A stretch of DNA of 64,000 nucleotides from Gemmatimonadota bacterium (GCA_039586095.1 JBDHLB010000002.1:64300-128299), one strand, 5' to 3'. Counted from the first letter of the stretch, positions 1-8,943 are shown. Numbers and translations are program-made. The notes: a model not told the origin generated them from the sequence alone.

Positions 1-654
1 GATGTCATGTCGCTGGGTCTCCATCGGGCGTGGAAGAGGCGGGTGCTTTCTATTGCCCGGATCCAGCCAGGGGATCGCGTGCTGGATCTGGCGGCCGGAA
101 CTGGCGACCTCGCGCTCGCGGCCGGCGAGCTGGCCGCGCCCGAGCTGCCGGACTCCGGCAGGGCGGGCCTTGTGATCGCCGCCGATCTGACACTCGAGAT
201 GATGCGTGTCGGGCGGGGGCGGCCGGGCGGACGCGAGATCCCATGGGTCGGCTGCGACGCGTTACGCCTGCCGTTCCCGGAGGGCACGTTCGATTCCGTA
301 GTGATCGGATACGGACTGCGGAACTTCGCGACTCTGACGGAGAGCCTGGTCGAGATTCGCCGCTGTCTGCGCCCGGGGGGCCGGCTGGTCGCGCTGGACT
401 TCGGCAAGCCACGGTCGAACTCGTTGCGTGGCGCCTACCTCAGGTATCTGGACGTGTCCTCGCGCGTCGTCGGCTGGCTGCTCCATCGTGATGTGGAAGC
501 CTACGTCTACATCCCGGAGTCGCTCAGGAAGTACCCGGGGCAGCGGGGCGTCAGCGAGCTCATGAAGGAGGCCGGATTCGTGCGCTGCGGCTCGACGGAT
601 CTCCTGGCGGGCACGATGGCGATCAACTTCGGCGAGCGCCCTGCGAGACGGTAG
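1..654 (+). CDS. ubiE: Demethylmenaquinone/ubiquinone C-methyltransferase (UbiE/MenG family), 5'-truncated by the window edge
   Basis: The frame is open from nt 1. 'DVMSLGLHRAWKRR' matches the conserved UbiE 'MS.G.HR.WKR' block. SAM motif I 'VLDLAAGTGD' follows. Stop TAG at 652-654. Confidence 0.85.
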   Translation, partial: DVMSLGLHRAWKRRVLSIARIQPGDRVLDLAAGTGDLALAAGELAAPELPDSGRAGLVIAADLTLEMMRVGRGRPGGREIPWVGCDALRLPFPEGTFDSVVIGYGLRNFATLTESLVEIRRCLRPGGRLVALDFGKPRSNSLRGAYLRYLDVSSRVVGWLLHRDVEAYVYIPESLRKYPGQRGVSELMKEAGFVRCGSTDLLAGTMAINFGERPARR

Positions 655-701
655 AGATCTCGGTGATCTCGCCGCGGCGGGCACCCGGTAACGGCAGATA
701 G

Positions 702-727
702 AAAAGCGGCCCCCCGAAGGCGGCCGC
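702..727 (-). terminator. Rho-independent terminator candidate downstream of the AbrB-like gene
   Basis: GC hairpin gcggcc-c-cc[cgaa]gg-c-ggccgc at 706-727. It is preceded on the + strand by AAAA (702-705), which reads as a UUUU tract after the stem on the minus strand. It lies about 70 nt past the stop at 794. Confidence 0.55.
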
Positions 728-793
728 CAAGCCCATGCGGTGGGCAGTCTCGAGTCTATCGCCGGTTCACATCGGCAGCTCTATCTCGGTCGC

Positions 794-985
794 TCAGTCG
801 GTGGCCTCTCCGGACGTCTTCCACATAGTGATCTGTCGTTGACCCGTCTCGCTCTCTTCCAGACGTGCCTTCAGCAAATCACCGTCGGCCAGGCCCAAAT
901 CGTCTCGCATCTCTTGAGGAATCGTGATACGGCCACCGCTGCCGATAGGGATCTTGGAGTAGTATACGACACGGTAGATGGCCAT
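794..985 (-). CDS. AbrB/MazE/SpoVT-family DNA-binding protein (63 aa)
   Basis: ATG at 985 with AAGGAGG 4 nt upstream on the minus strand. 'GGRITIPQEMRDDLGLADGDLL' is the swapped-hairpin AbrB/MazE signature. The 154-aa track ORF is an upstream over-extension. Confidence 0.75.
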   Translation of the reverse strand: MAIYRVVYYSKIPIGSGGRITIPQEMRDDLGLADGDLLKARLEESETGQRQITMWKTSGEATD

Positions 986-1190
986 ATCGCCTCCTTCAGA
1001 GGGTCGTGTTCGCGGGCACGCAAACGTACAGTATAACGAAATTTGGCGACTCTCGTGAGGCATGGCGTCGAAAGTCGGTCCCGGGCGACCGGCAGGCTGC
1101 TTGCGACGCGTCCACCGGGCCACGATCATCCTCTCGATCTGCGTCATCCGAACCCGGCAGCGGCCGATCCTCAGGATCGACACGGTGAGC

Positions 1191-2261
1191 ATGCAATCCC
1201 AGGACTTCCACACGGCGCGTGGAGCGGACCCCGCCATCCGGCTGACGGGCGTCACCAAGCGATTCGGTCACAATGTGGCCGTGCGCGACCTCGATCTCGC
1301 GGTTCCGCAGGGTTCGATCTACGGTCTACTGGGACCCAACGGGGCCGGAAAGACCACCACGATCCGGATCATCCTCGACATCCTGGGAGCCGACGCCGGT
1401 CAGGTGGAGGTCCTGGGATCCTCCAACGTGGAAACCGTCCGCGGCGACATCGGCTATCTGCCCGAAGAGCGCGGACTCTATCAAAAGATGAAGGTGATCG
1501 AGCTGCTCGAGTTCTTCGGGGAGCTCAAGGGGATGGGCCGGAAGGCGGCCCGGCAGGAGGCGGAGCTCGGGCTGGAGCGACTCGGACTGGCCGAGCGGGC
1601 GGGTGAGAAACTCGAGGCGTACTCGAAGGGGATGCAGCAGAAAGTCCAGTTTCTCACCACGATCCTCCATCACCCGAAGCTGCTGATCCTGGACGAGCCG
1701 TTCAGCGGTCTCGACCCCCTCAACGTGGATCTCCTCAAGCAGATCGTGCTCGAACGGCAGCGTGAAGGGGCGACGGTGCTGTTCTCCACCCACATGATCG
1801 AGGACGCCGAGCGTCTGTGTCAGCGCGTTTGCATGATCGCGGGTGCCACGAAGGTTCTGGACGGCACGGTCTCCGAGGTGAAGGCCGCGTCCGGCCGACG
1901 TGAGGTCGCAATCCGCTACGAAGGCAGCGGAGCGTTTCTCGACGCGCCCGGTCTCGTGGAGCGGGTGAGCGACCACGGGCGCTACGTTGAGGTGCGCATG
2001 GCCGACGGGGCCGACGCACAGGAACTCCTCGAGCGGGCCGTGGCGGCTGGCGTACGCATCAACCGGTTCGAACTCATCGAACCGTCGCTGAGGGAGATCT
2101 TCATCGAGAAGGCGACGCGGGCCGGCCTCGGCGCCGAGGCCCGGGAGGAGCCGCCAGCCGAGGATTGGCCGGAGCCCGGGTCGATGGCCGGGGTCCCGGC
2201 GGGCTCCGGTGCCGCGGAGATCGGCACGGGCGGCCCGGGCGCGCCAGGCGCAGGAGGGTGA
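1191..2261 (+). CDS. ABC transporter ATP-binding protein (ABC-2 / NatA-like exporter)
   Basis: Walker A 'GPNGAGKTT', signature 'YSKGMQQKV', Walker B 'LLILDEPFSGLD'. Start taken at ATG 1191 (MQSQDF...); the track ORF starts earlier at 1062. Low-complexity Pro/Gly C-terminal tail. Confidence 0.85.
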   Translation: MQSQDFHTARGADPAIRLTGVTKRFGHNVAVRDLDLAVPQGSIYGLLGPNGAGKTTTIRIILDILGADAGQVEVLGSSNVETVRGDIGYLPEERGLYQKMKVIELLEFFGELKGMGRKAARQEAELGLERLGLAERAGEKLEAYSKGMQQKVQFLTTILHHPKLLILDEPFSGLDPLNVDLLKQIVLERQREGATVLFSTHMIEDAERLCQRVCMIAGATKVLDGTVSEVKAASGRREVAIRYEGSGAFLDAPGLVERVSDHGRYVEVRMADGADAQELLERAVAAGVRINRFELIEPSLREIFIEKATRAGLGAEAREEPPAEDWPEPGSMAGVPAGSGAAEIGTGGPGAPGAGG

Positions 2262-2262
2262 C

Positions 2263-3552
2263 GTGAAGCTCCTGTCCCCGAAAGTGCTGGCGATCGTGAG
2301 GCGCGAATACCTGCAGCGCGTTCGCTCGCGCTGGTTCCTGATCGCGACCTTCGGTGTGCCCGTTCTGCTGATCGGGTTTGGTGCGGTGAGCGGGCTCTTC
2401 ATCGCCGGCGGGGAACGTCAGACCTCCGACCTGACGACCGGCATCGTGGATCGAACCGGCGAGTTGGGCGATCTCGTGGTCGAGGAGCTGCTGCGCGACT
2501 CGCTGCTGGCCACGAATCGGACCGCCCAGGCCGCACTGTCGGACGAATCGCTGCGGGCCGACCTCCTGAACTCCGAGTACGACGTCTACCTGGTGCTACC
2601 CGAAGAGCTGGCCCCCGGGCAGGACGAGATAGCGGAGGTGGACCTGGAGCTCCTCGCTCGCGAGAACGTCAACATCGGGACCCGCCGCAGCATCCGGCAG
2701 GCCGTGAACCGGGCGCTCGTGCGAGCCCGGCTGCTGGCCGCAGGCGTCGTAGGGATCGATCCCGGGGAGCTCCTCGCCGCCGCGTCCGTCGATGTGATCA
2801 ACGTCACCGAGGAGGGGAGCGCACGCTCGCAGGAGGTGTTCGAGGCGATCAGCTTCATCGTCGCGTTCCTCTTCTACATGATCCTCATCTTCTACGGTCA
2901 GATGATCGTCCGCTCGGTCGTCGAAGAGAAGACGACGGACATCGTCGAGATCATGGTCTCGTCCGTACGGCCGTGGGAGCTGATGCTGGGCAAGATCGTC
3001 GGCGTGGGTGCGGTCGGCCTCACTCAGATCGTGATCTGGGCGACGGTGATCGGGGTCGGCATTCTGTACGGGCTGACGGCTGGCGCGGCGGCGCTGGGCG
3101 AGGCAGGGATCGATCTGAGCGAGATCGCGGTCCCGCTTGGGACCGTGCTCGGCGTGCTCGCATTCCTCATCCTCGGCTACCTGCTGTACTCCGGGCTGTT
3201 CGCGGCGGCCGGAGCGACGATCAGCAACGAACAGGATGCGCAGCACGTGATGTGGCCCGTGTTGATCCTGATCATCCTGCCGTTCATCGCGGCACAGGGG
3301 ATCATCGGCAACCCGAACACACCGATGGCGATCGCCCTTTCGCTGGTGCCGTTCTTCAGCCCGCTACTCATGTCGTCGCGCATGATGGTGTCGACGATTC
3401 CCTTGTGGCAGTGGGCCAGCGCGCTCGTCCTGCTCGTCGCGTGCATCGGCGGAGCCGCCTGGGTGGCGGGCCGGATCTATCGGGTGGGGATCCTGATGAA
3501 GGGGAAACGACCCAACCTGCCGGAAGTCGTACGCTGGGTTCGCCACGGGTAG
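2263..3552 (+). CDS. ABC-2 type transporter permease (NatB-like)
   Basis: GTG at 2263 with AGGAGG at 2252-2257, 2 nt after the ATPase stop. One N-terminal TM, a large extracytoplasmic domain, then about 5-6 C-terminal TM helices, as is typical of ABC-2 permeases. Confidence 0.8.
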   Translation: MKLLSPKVLAIVRREYLQRVRSRWFLIATFGVPVLLIGFGAVSGLFIAGGERQTSDLTTGIVDRTGELGDLVVEELLRDSLLATNRTAQAALSDESLRADLLNSEYDVYLVLPEELAPGQDEIAEVDLELLARENVNIGTRRSIRQAVNRALVRARLLAAGVVGIDPGELLAAASVDVINVTEEGSARSQEVFEAISFIVAFLFYMILIFYGQMIVRSVVEEKTTDIVEIMVSSVRPWELMLGKIVGVGAVGLTQIVIWATVIGVGILYGLTAGAAALGEAGIDLSEIAVPLGTVLGVLAFLILGYLLYSGLFAAAGATISNEQDAQHVMWPVLILIILPFIAAQGIIGNPNTPMAIALSLVPFFSPLLMSSRMMVSTIPLWQWASALVLLVACIGGAAWVAGRIYRVGILMKGKRPNLPEVVRWVRHG

Positions 3553-3581
3553 CCGCCGGAGCCGTCGGGATCGTTCGAATT

Positions 3582-4487
3582 GTGGCGGGGATCGCGACGC
3601 TCGTACCGCTCGCGTCGTCGGTTGCCTCGTGCGGCCCGCGGCCTGCGACGGTCGTGCTCGCCGGAACCACATCGACACACGACACGGGGCTCCTGGATTC
3701 ACTGCTCGTCGCGTTCCGCGCCGAGCACCCGGAGTCGCGTGTGCGTGCCATGGCCGTGGGCAGCGGTGAGGCGCTGGAGTTGGGCCGAAGGGGTGACGTG
3801 GACGTGCTGCTCGTGCACGCCCCCGCTGCCGAGCTCCGGTTCGTCGAGACGGGTCATGGGCACGACCGGGTCCCTCTCATGTACAACGATTTCATTCTGC
3901 TGGGCCCGCGCGACGATCCGGCCGGTGTCGCAGATGCCGGCACGGCCGCCGAGGCCCTCGCGGCCATCGCGCGAAATGAGGCGCCCTTCGTGTCGCGGGG
4001 TGACAGCTCGGGGACGCACGCGCGCGAGATGGCGTTGTGGGAGGCGGTCGGGCTGCGGGCCGGAGGCCGGGCGCCGAGCTGGTACATGGAGACCGGGCAA
4101 GGACAGGCCGAGACGGCCTTCATCGCGAGCGAACGCCAGGCCTACGTGCTGATCGATCGCGCGACCTTCACCGTCCTGCGCGATGATCTCGGGCTGGAGA
4201 TGTTGCTCGAAGGGGACCCGGCGCTCTTGAACCTCTACTCGGTGATCGTATCGTCGCGGGCGGCGCACCCGGAGGAGGCCACCCGTCTGGCGGGGTGGCT
4301 CACATCGGAAGCAGGTCGCGCCGTGATTGCCCGTTTCGGGCAGGCCCAATTCGAGCAGCCGTTGTACTGGCCCCTCGTGGTCGGGGAATCTCTACCCTTC
4401 CGTCCCGTCCCCCCTGTACCGGATGGCCCTCCGATCTCAGCCGATACAATCCCGGCCGATGCGGCAGACCGGATGAGCGACGCATGA
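3582..4487 (+). CDS. tupA: Tungstate/molybdate ABC transporter substrate-binding lipoprotein (TupA-like)
   Basis: 'AGTTSTHDTGLLDSL' matches the TupA TTTS..D(S/T)GLLD anion-binding motif. Lipobox 'VASC'. Only GTG 3582 is a standard in-frame start after the upstream stop; ATC 3570 or ATT 3579 are also possible. Pro-rich C-terminal tail. Its stop overlaps the tupB ATG (ATGA). Confidence 0.75.
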   Translation: MAGIATLVPLASSVASCGPRPATVVLAGTTSTHDTGLLDSLLVAFRAEHPESRVRAMAVGSGEALELGRRGDVDVLLVHAPAAELRFVETGHGHDRVPLMYNDFILLGPRDDPAGVADAGTAAEALAAIARNEAPFVSRGDSSGTHAREMALWEAVGLRAGGRAPSWYMETGQGQAETAFIASERQAYVLIDRATFTVLRDDLGLEMLLEGDPALLNLYSVIVSSRAAHPEEATRLAGWLTSEAGRAVIARFGQAQFEQPLYWPLVVGESLPFRPVPPVPDGPPISADTIPADAADRMSDA

Positions 4488-5182
4488 ACCCGTTCGCCGA
4501 AGCGCTCGATCTGATCACGGCGGGTGATCTCTACGTGTGGGAGGTGATCCTGCGTTCGATCCGCATCTCGGGCAGTGCGCTCGCTTTCGCGATGCTGTTC
4601 GGCTTGCCGATCGGAGCGGCGATCGGTCTGTCACGCTTTCGGCTTCGTCGGCCCGTCATCGCGCTCGTCAATACAGGCCTGGCCCTCCCACCGGTCGTGG
4701 TGGGCCTGGCCGTCTTTCTTCTGGTCTCCCGCTCGGGGCCGCTGGGCGGGCTGGAGATTCTCTACTCGCCCGCTGCGATGATCCTGGCCCAAGCTGTCAT
4801 TGCCGGACCGTACATTGCGGCCGTCAGCCTGGCGGCAGCGGATTCCGTTCCGCCGGACGTCCGGCTCCAGGCGCGGGCTCTGGGTGCCGGTCCGTTTCGC
4901 GCCACGCTCCTGCAGCTGCGAGAGGTTCGCACGTCTCTGGTGGCGGCGGTGGCGGCGGGCTTCGGAGCGATCATCAGCGAGGTGGGCGCCGTGATGATCG
5001 TGGGTGGCAACATCCTCGGTGAGACGCGCGTCATGACGACCGCCATCGTGCTGGAGACCCGGCGTGGAAACTTCGGTGTAGCCGTGGCGCTGGGCATCGT
5101 GCTGTTGCTTGTCGCGCTCTACGTGAACCTGCTTCTCCTACTTCTGGGCCGCTGGTCGATGCGGCGCCCGCCGACATCGTGA
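4484..5182 (+). CDS. tupB: Tungstate/molybdate ABC transporter permease (TupB-like)
   Basis: ATG 4484 overlaps the upstream stop. About 5-6 TM helices, plus a binding-protein-dependent permease loop 'LQARALGAGPFRATLLQLREVR'. Confidence 0.8.
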   Translation: MNPFAEALDLITAGDLYVWEVILRSIRISGSALAFAMLFGLPIGAAIGLSRFRLRRPVIALVNTGLALPPVVVGLAVFLLVSRSGPLGGLEILYSPAAMILAQAVIAGPYIAAVSLAAADSVPPDVRLQARALGAGPFRATLLQLREVRTSLVAAVAAGFGAIISEVGAVMIVGGNILGETRVMTTAIVLETRRGNFGVAVALGIVLLLVALYVNLLLLLLGRWSMRRPPTS

Positions 5183-6276
5183 CCGACGAACGCGAGATCC
5201 TGGTCGCCAAGGGCATCCGGGTCCGGTACGACGACCGCCTCGTCCTGGACGTGGAGCGGCTGGCCCTGCGGACGGGAGAGATGCTCGCCGTGCTCGGGCC
5301 GAACGCAGCGGGCAAATCCACGCTCATGCGGGTGCTGGCGATGCTCGAAAAGCCGACAGCCGGGCACTCGCGATTCAAGGGTCGCGCGGGGCGGGCCGCC
5401 GCGCGAGCGCTGCGCAAGTCCTCGGCGGCCGTGTTTCAGAAGCCGCATTTCTGGAGCGACACGGTCGCCTATAACGTCGGACTCGGCCTCCGAATGCGCG
5501 GGAGCTCGGCACGCGAGGTGAGCGAGCACGTGGAGCGCATCTGCGGCCTGATGGGCATCGGCGATCTGCTCGATCGAGACGTCGCCACGCTATCCGGAGG
5601 GCAAGCCCAGCGGGTCGCGCTCGCCAGGGCGCTGGTTCTGAAACCCGACATCCTCTTCCTGGACGAGCCCACGGCGAACCTGGACTCTGTCTCGCGGGGA
5701 GAGATTCGAGAGGACATCGAGCGGATCGCACGGCAAAGGGCGGGCTCCGTCCTTCTCATCACCCACGACCGGGCCGAGGCGTTTTCGCTGGCCGATCGAG
5801 TGGCCGTGCTCGTGGGTGGCAGGCTGGTTCAGGTCGGCACCCCCACCGAACTGTACGAGAACCCGGCGGACTCGTACATCGCCCGCGTCACCGGCGCCGA
5901 GCTCACACTCAAGGGCCACGTGTTGCGGCTCGAGGACAGCACACTCGTGGTCGACGTGGGCGGAATCGAGCTTCGAACCGTCGGCTCCGCGGGTGAGGGC
6001 AGCCAGGTGAAGATCGCCTACCGTCCCGAAGATCTCGTTCTCGCGGCGGCCGAAGAGTCGAGCGTCCACCTCAGCACGCGCAACTTCTTCTTCGCTACGG
6101 TGACGGAAGTACGAGCCCTCGGCGGCTTGTACCGCATCCGCCTGAAAGGGCCCGGCGGCGCGGACATGGCGGCTGTGGTGACGCGTAGCGCCGCGGATGA
6201 GCTCCGTCTGCAGGCGGAGGGCCGGGTATCGGTGCGCGTGAAGGCCACCGCGCTGCACGCCTTCCCCGCGGGCTGA
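5179..6276 (+). CDS. tupC: ABC transporter ATP-binding protein with C-terminal TOBE-like domain (TupC-like)
   Basis: GTG 5179 overlaps the tupB stop (GTGA). Walker A 'GPNAAGKST', signature 'LSGGQAQRV', Walker B 'ILFLDEPTANLD'. The ~130-aa beta-rich C-terminus is typical of TOBE/MOP domains. Confidence 0.8.
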   Translation: MTDEREILVAKGIRVRYDDRLVLDVERLALRTGEMLAVLGPNAAGKSTLMRVLAMLEKPTAGHSRFKGRAGRAAARALRKSSAAVFQKPHFWSDTVAYNVGLGLRMRGSSAREVSEHVERICGLMGIGDLLDRDVATLSGGQAQRVALARALVLKPDILFLDEPTANLDSVSRGEIREDIERIARQRAGSVLLITHDRAEAFSLADRVAVLVGGRLVQVGTPTELYENPADSYIARVTGAELTLKGHVLRLEDSTLVVDVGGIELRTVGSAGEGSQVKIAYRPEDLVLAAAEESSVHLSTRNFFFATVTEVRALGGLYRIRLKGPGGADMAAVVTRSAADELRLQAEGRVSVRVKATALHAFPAG

Positions 6277-6455
6277 AGCTTCTCAAAGCCGGCTTGTACC
6301 GGTCGCTTTACGGCGGCGCTTTACGTTCTCCGACGGCATGCCGCGCTCCCCCCGGGCCGCGAGAAGCTCCCCCCCTCTAGTAGTTCGTCGGGAGAGCACG
6401 CCCGACGGCAGCTGTCCTCACGGCGTATCGAGCGATCGCACGGTGCGAGACTTTC

Positions 6456-7559
6456 TCATTCGGCGGGACCCGATCCGAACAGCTCGCGCACTCGCTTCTC
6501 TCGAAAGTCGAAGATCGCCTCGAGTTGCCGTCGGACGATCAACGAGTGGGCCACCGCACCGAGTGGGCCGAGCGGCATCGAGTAGTCCACGCGATCCGAG
6601 ATCTCCACTCCGTCTGCCAGCTGCCGGAACGAGTGCAGGTGGTACCACGTGCGATAGGGCCCTTTCATCATTTCATCCGCGAAGCATACGCCGGGCTCGT
6701 AGCGGGCAATCACCGACTCCCAGCGCATCGGCAGGCCCTGCCAGCGGATCGTGTAGCGGATCCGCGTTCCTTCACGAACCTTGGCGTCAGTGGCGTCCCG
6801 AACCTGAAAATTGAGCCACGGAGGCGTGATCTCAGCCAGGTTGCGCGGGTCCTCGAAGAAGGGGAATACGTCGTCCAGCGTCCCCGGCACCGTTTGCCGT
6901 CGTTCCAGAACGTATTGGCTCATATTCCTCCCGCTGATTCCTCCAGCTGATTCCCACACATACCACGGCTTCTCATCGACCGCGGAGGGCACCTGGTGGC
7001 AGCGGCGGCACCGCGCCTCGTAGCTCTCGCCACCGCCGACCTGGATCGTCGGCCCTTCCGCCATGGCCGGCTTTCCATCGACCAGCCGCTGATTTCGGGT
7101 GGCCAGATCGCCACAGACGACACAGATGGCATGCAGCTTGTCGATGCGCTCGGCGATCGCGAGCAGCTCGCCGAGCGGCCCGAAGGGCCGGCCCCGGAAG
7201 TCCATGTCCGTGCCGGCCAGGATCACCCGAACGCCACGATCGGCCAGTGCGTTCGCGACATCCACCACGCCCCGGTCGAGGAACTGTACCTCGTCGATCG
7301 CGACTACCTCCGCCTCGGGCCGTACCCTCTCGGCGATCTCCGTCGATGAAGACACGGGAATCGCCTTTACCGAGGAGCCGTCGTGCGAGCTGATTTCCTG
7401 GATCCCACCGTACCGATCGTCCAGGTGCGATTTGAAGACCTGGACGTTCTTGCGGGCGATGATGGCGCGGCGCACGCGGCGCATCAGCTCTTCGGACTTG
7501 CCGCTGAACATCACGCCGCAGACGACTTCGATCCAGCCTTCGCGTCCTTCTGTCAGCAC
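6456..7559 (-). CDS. tdk: Thymidine kinase fused in frame to a COG4276-type SRPBCC ligand-binding domain
   Basis: Tdk part (7559-6924): P-loop 'GVMFSGKSEE', 'AIDEVQF', and zinc knuckles 'CVVCG' and 'CRRCH'. There is no stop after CRRCH. The frame continues through a 23-aa linker into 'MSQYVLERRQTVPG...PPWLNF...GPYRTWYHLHSF' (6923-6456), a standalone-type SRPBCC sequence. GTG 7559 is chosen as the start, giving 'MLTEGREGWIEVVCG'. Confidence 0.8.
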   Translation of the reverse strand: MLTEGREGWIEVVCGVMFSGKSEELMRRVRRAIIARKNVQVFKSHLDDRYGGIQEISSHDGSSVKAIPVSSSTEIAERVRPEAEVVAIDEVQFLDRGVVDVANALADRGVRVILAGTDMDFRGRPFGPLGELLAIAERIDKLHAICVVCGDLATRNQRLVDGKPAMAEGPTIQVGGGESYEARCRRCHQVPSAVDEKPWYVWESAGGISGRNMSQYVLERRQTVPGTLDDVFPFFEDPRNLAEITPPWLNFQVRDATDAKVREGTRIRYTIRWQGLPMRWESVIARYEPGVCFADEMMKGPYRTWYHLHSFRQLADGVEISDRVDYSMPLGPLGAVAHSLIVRRQLEAIFDFREKRVRELFGSGPAE

Positions 7560-7579
7560 GCTGCCAGTCAGTAGCTCGG

Positions 7580-7831
7580 TCAGTCGAGAGGTGCGGCGCC
7601 GTCGAGTAGATCGACGAGCTCCGCGTCGGTCAGACGGGCCAGGTCGCGGTGCGCCTCCGCCACGTCCCGGCTTTCGTGGCCGACCCAGCGCGGCCGTTCG
7701 AACGGGTCGTTGAGGCACACGAAGCTGATACACGCCGCCTTCACCGTGTCGGGCTGACCCCCCGTCACGTAGGCCTCCCATTCGATGAGATTCTTATCGA
7801 GGAATTTTCGGGAGAGGTGGTTCTTCGTCAT
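7580..7831 (-). CDS. Small hypothetical protein (83 aa), paralog of the upstream 98-aa gene
   Basis: Complete ORF 20 nt upstream of tdk, with high GC3. It shares 'WEA...QP...F...L(N/D)...R(P/D)(R/Q)...L..L.D.EL..LL' with 7842-8138. Confidence 0.6.
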   Translation of the reverse strand: MTKNHLSRKFLDKNLIEWEAYVTGGQPDTVKAACISFVCLNDPFERPRWVGHESRDVAEAHRDLARLTDAELVDLLDGAAPLD

Positions 7832-7841
7832 GGCCGTCCCA

Positions 7842-8138
7842 TCACATCTTCACGGACCGGGAGAGGAGCTCCCGGAGGTCGTCTTCACGCAGTTGATTCA
7901 ACGCTTCCTTGGGAACTTTCGAGGTACCGGGCCTCGCCAGCGTGTAGCGCTGTGGATCGCGGGCGTTGTCCAGGTTGCGGAAAAACACCATAAGTCGCGG
8001 CGACTGTGGCTGCGTGCCCGAGTGGAGGGCCAGTTCGGCTTCCCAACGCCGACCTGCCTCGCTGGTGAACGTCGTGCGCGCGCTGTCGGCCCGTCCGTCC
8101 ATCCGGAAGATCAGCTTCTTCCACATCTTCCAGTCCAT
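7842..8138 (-). CDS. Small hypothetical protein (98 aa), paralog of 7580-7831
   Basis: Complete ORF 10 nt upstream of the 83-aa gene. It is collinear in sequence with that gene (RWEAEL / EWEAYV; LREDDLRELL / LTDAELVDLL). Confidence 0.6.
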   Translation of the reverse strand: MDWKMWKKLIFRMDGRADSARTTFTSEAGRRWEAELALHSGTQPQSPRLMVFFRNLDNARDPQRYTLARPGTSKVPKEALNQLREDDLRELLSRSVKM

Positions 8139-8649
8139 ATGTGGCTCTCCGGGTGCCTGTTCTTACCCTCGGGTTGGCGGCCTCGGCGGCCTCAGGTCGA
8201 TCGCGTTTCCCGCTTCCTGAGACCGTGATCCACGCCGCCGTGGACGTCATCTTCGGGCTGCCCTCAAACCCCTTCGCGTAGCGTGATCAAGCTAGAAGGA
8301 GGCGAGGCCGATTGACAACCGCCAAAGAGGCCGCGGTCGGCCTCCTCGTCGCCACGGCAGCGCTCGTGACGCTGGCACCCCCCGGTACGAGCGTAACGGC
8401 GCAGGTCGTTCCCGGTCGCGATGACTCGCCGCGCGTAGCACCTCTGGCTGCACAGCAGCATGAAGTTCGTCTACGGCCTTTATCACTGCCTGTCGGACAT
8501 CGGTGCCTCAGGCGATCCCGTCTGTGGGCCTGCCCACGGGCAGACTCGCGAAGAAAGCGAATGCGAGGCTCCACCGTTGTGGCTGACCATTACCAGGCCT
8601 AGACTCACAATGGGGCGCGCCACTGCCTCAGGTAGTAAGAGGAGAGATC

Positions 8650-8943
8650 ATGCCTGCCTACGTAACTCTGTACAAACTCACCGATCAAGGCATCAAGAAC
8701 ATCCGTGACGCACCCGCTCGTATCGAGCAAGCGTTGGCCACCTGGGAGAAGCTGGGTGGTCGTACGATCGCCTTTTTCGCCACGGAGGGGGAGTACGACT
8801 ACGTGGCGATATCCGATGCGCCGGACGAGCAACTTGGAGTGGCGTTCAACCTCATGTTGGGTGAGATGGGCAACGTCAGGTCTACCACCATGAGGGCGTA
8901 CTCGACTGAAGAGTTGGCGAATATCATCGCGAAGATGCCATAG
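8650..8943 (+). CDS. GYD domain-containing protein
   Basis: 'MPAYVTLYKLTDQGIKNIRD...GEYDYVAI' is the GYD family signature. SD 'AAGAGGAG' lies upstream of ATG 8650. Confidence 0.85.
   Translation: MPAYVTLYKLTDQGIKNIRDAPARIEQALATWEKLGGRTIAFFATEGEYDYVAISDAPDEQLGVAFNLMLGEMGNVRSTTMRAYSTEELANIIAKMP

Noticed and set aside
2973-3581. N-terminal 200 aa of the 504-aa track ORF that contains tupA.
   Set aside because: It overlaps the ABC-2 permease in another frame, and its sequence is Arg/Gly-rich junk. A lipoprotein signal begins only near 3570-3582.
8312-8602. 96-aa TTG-initiated ORF with an SD and a signal-peptide-like start.
   Set aside because: After ~45 codons the sequence becomes Arg-rich and GC3 bias decays. 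It is not reported as a gene, and is mentioned only within the unexplained-gap finding.
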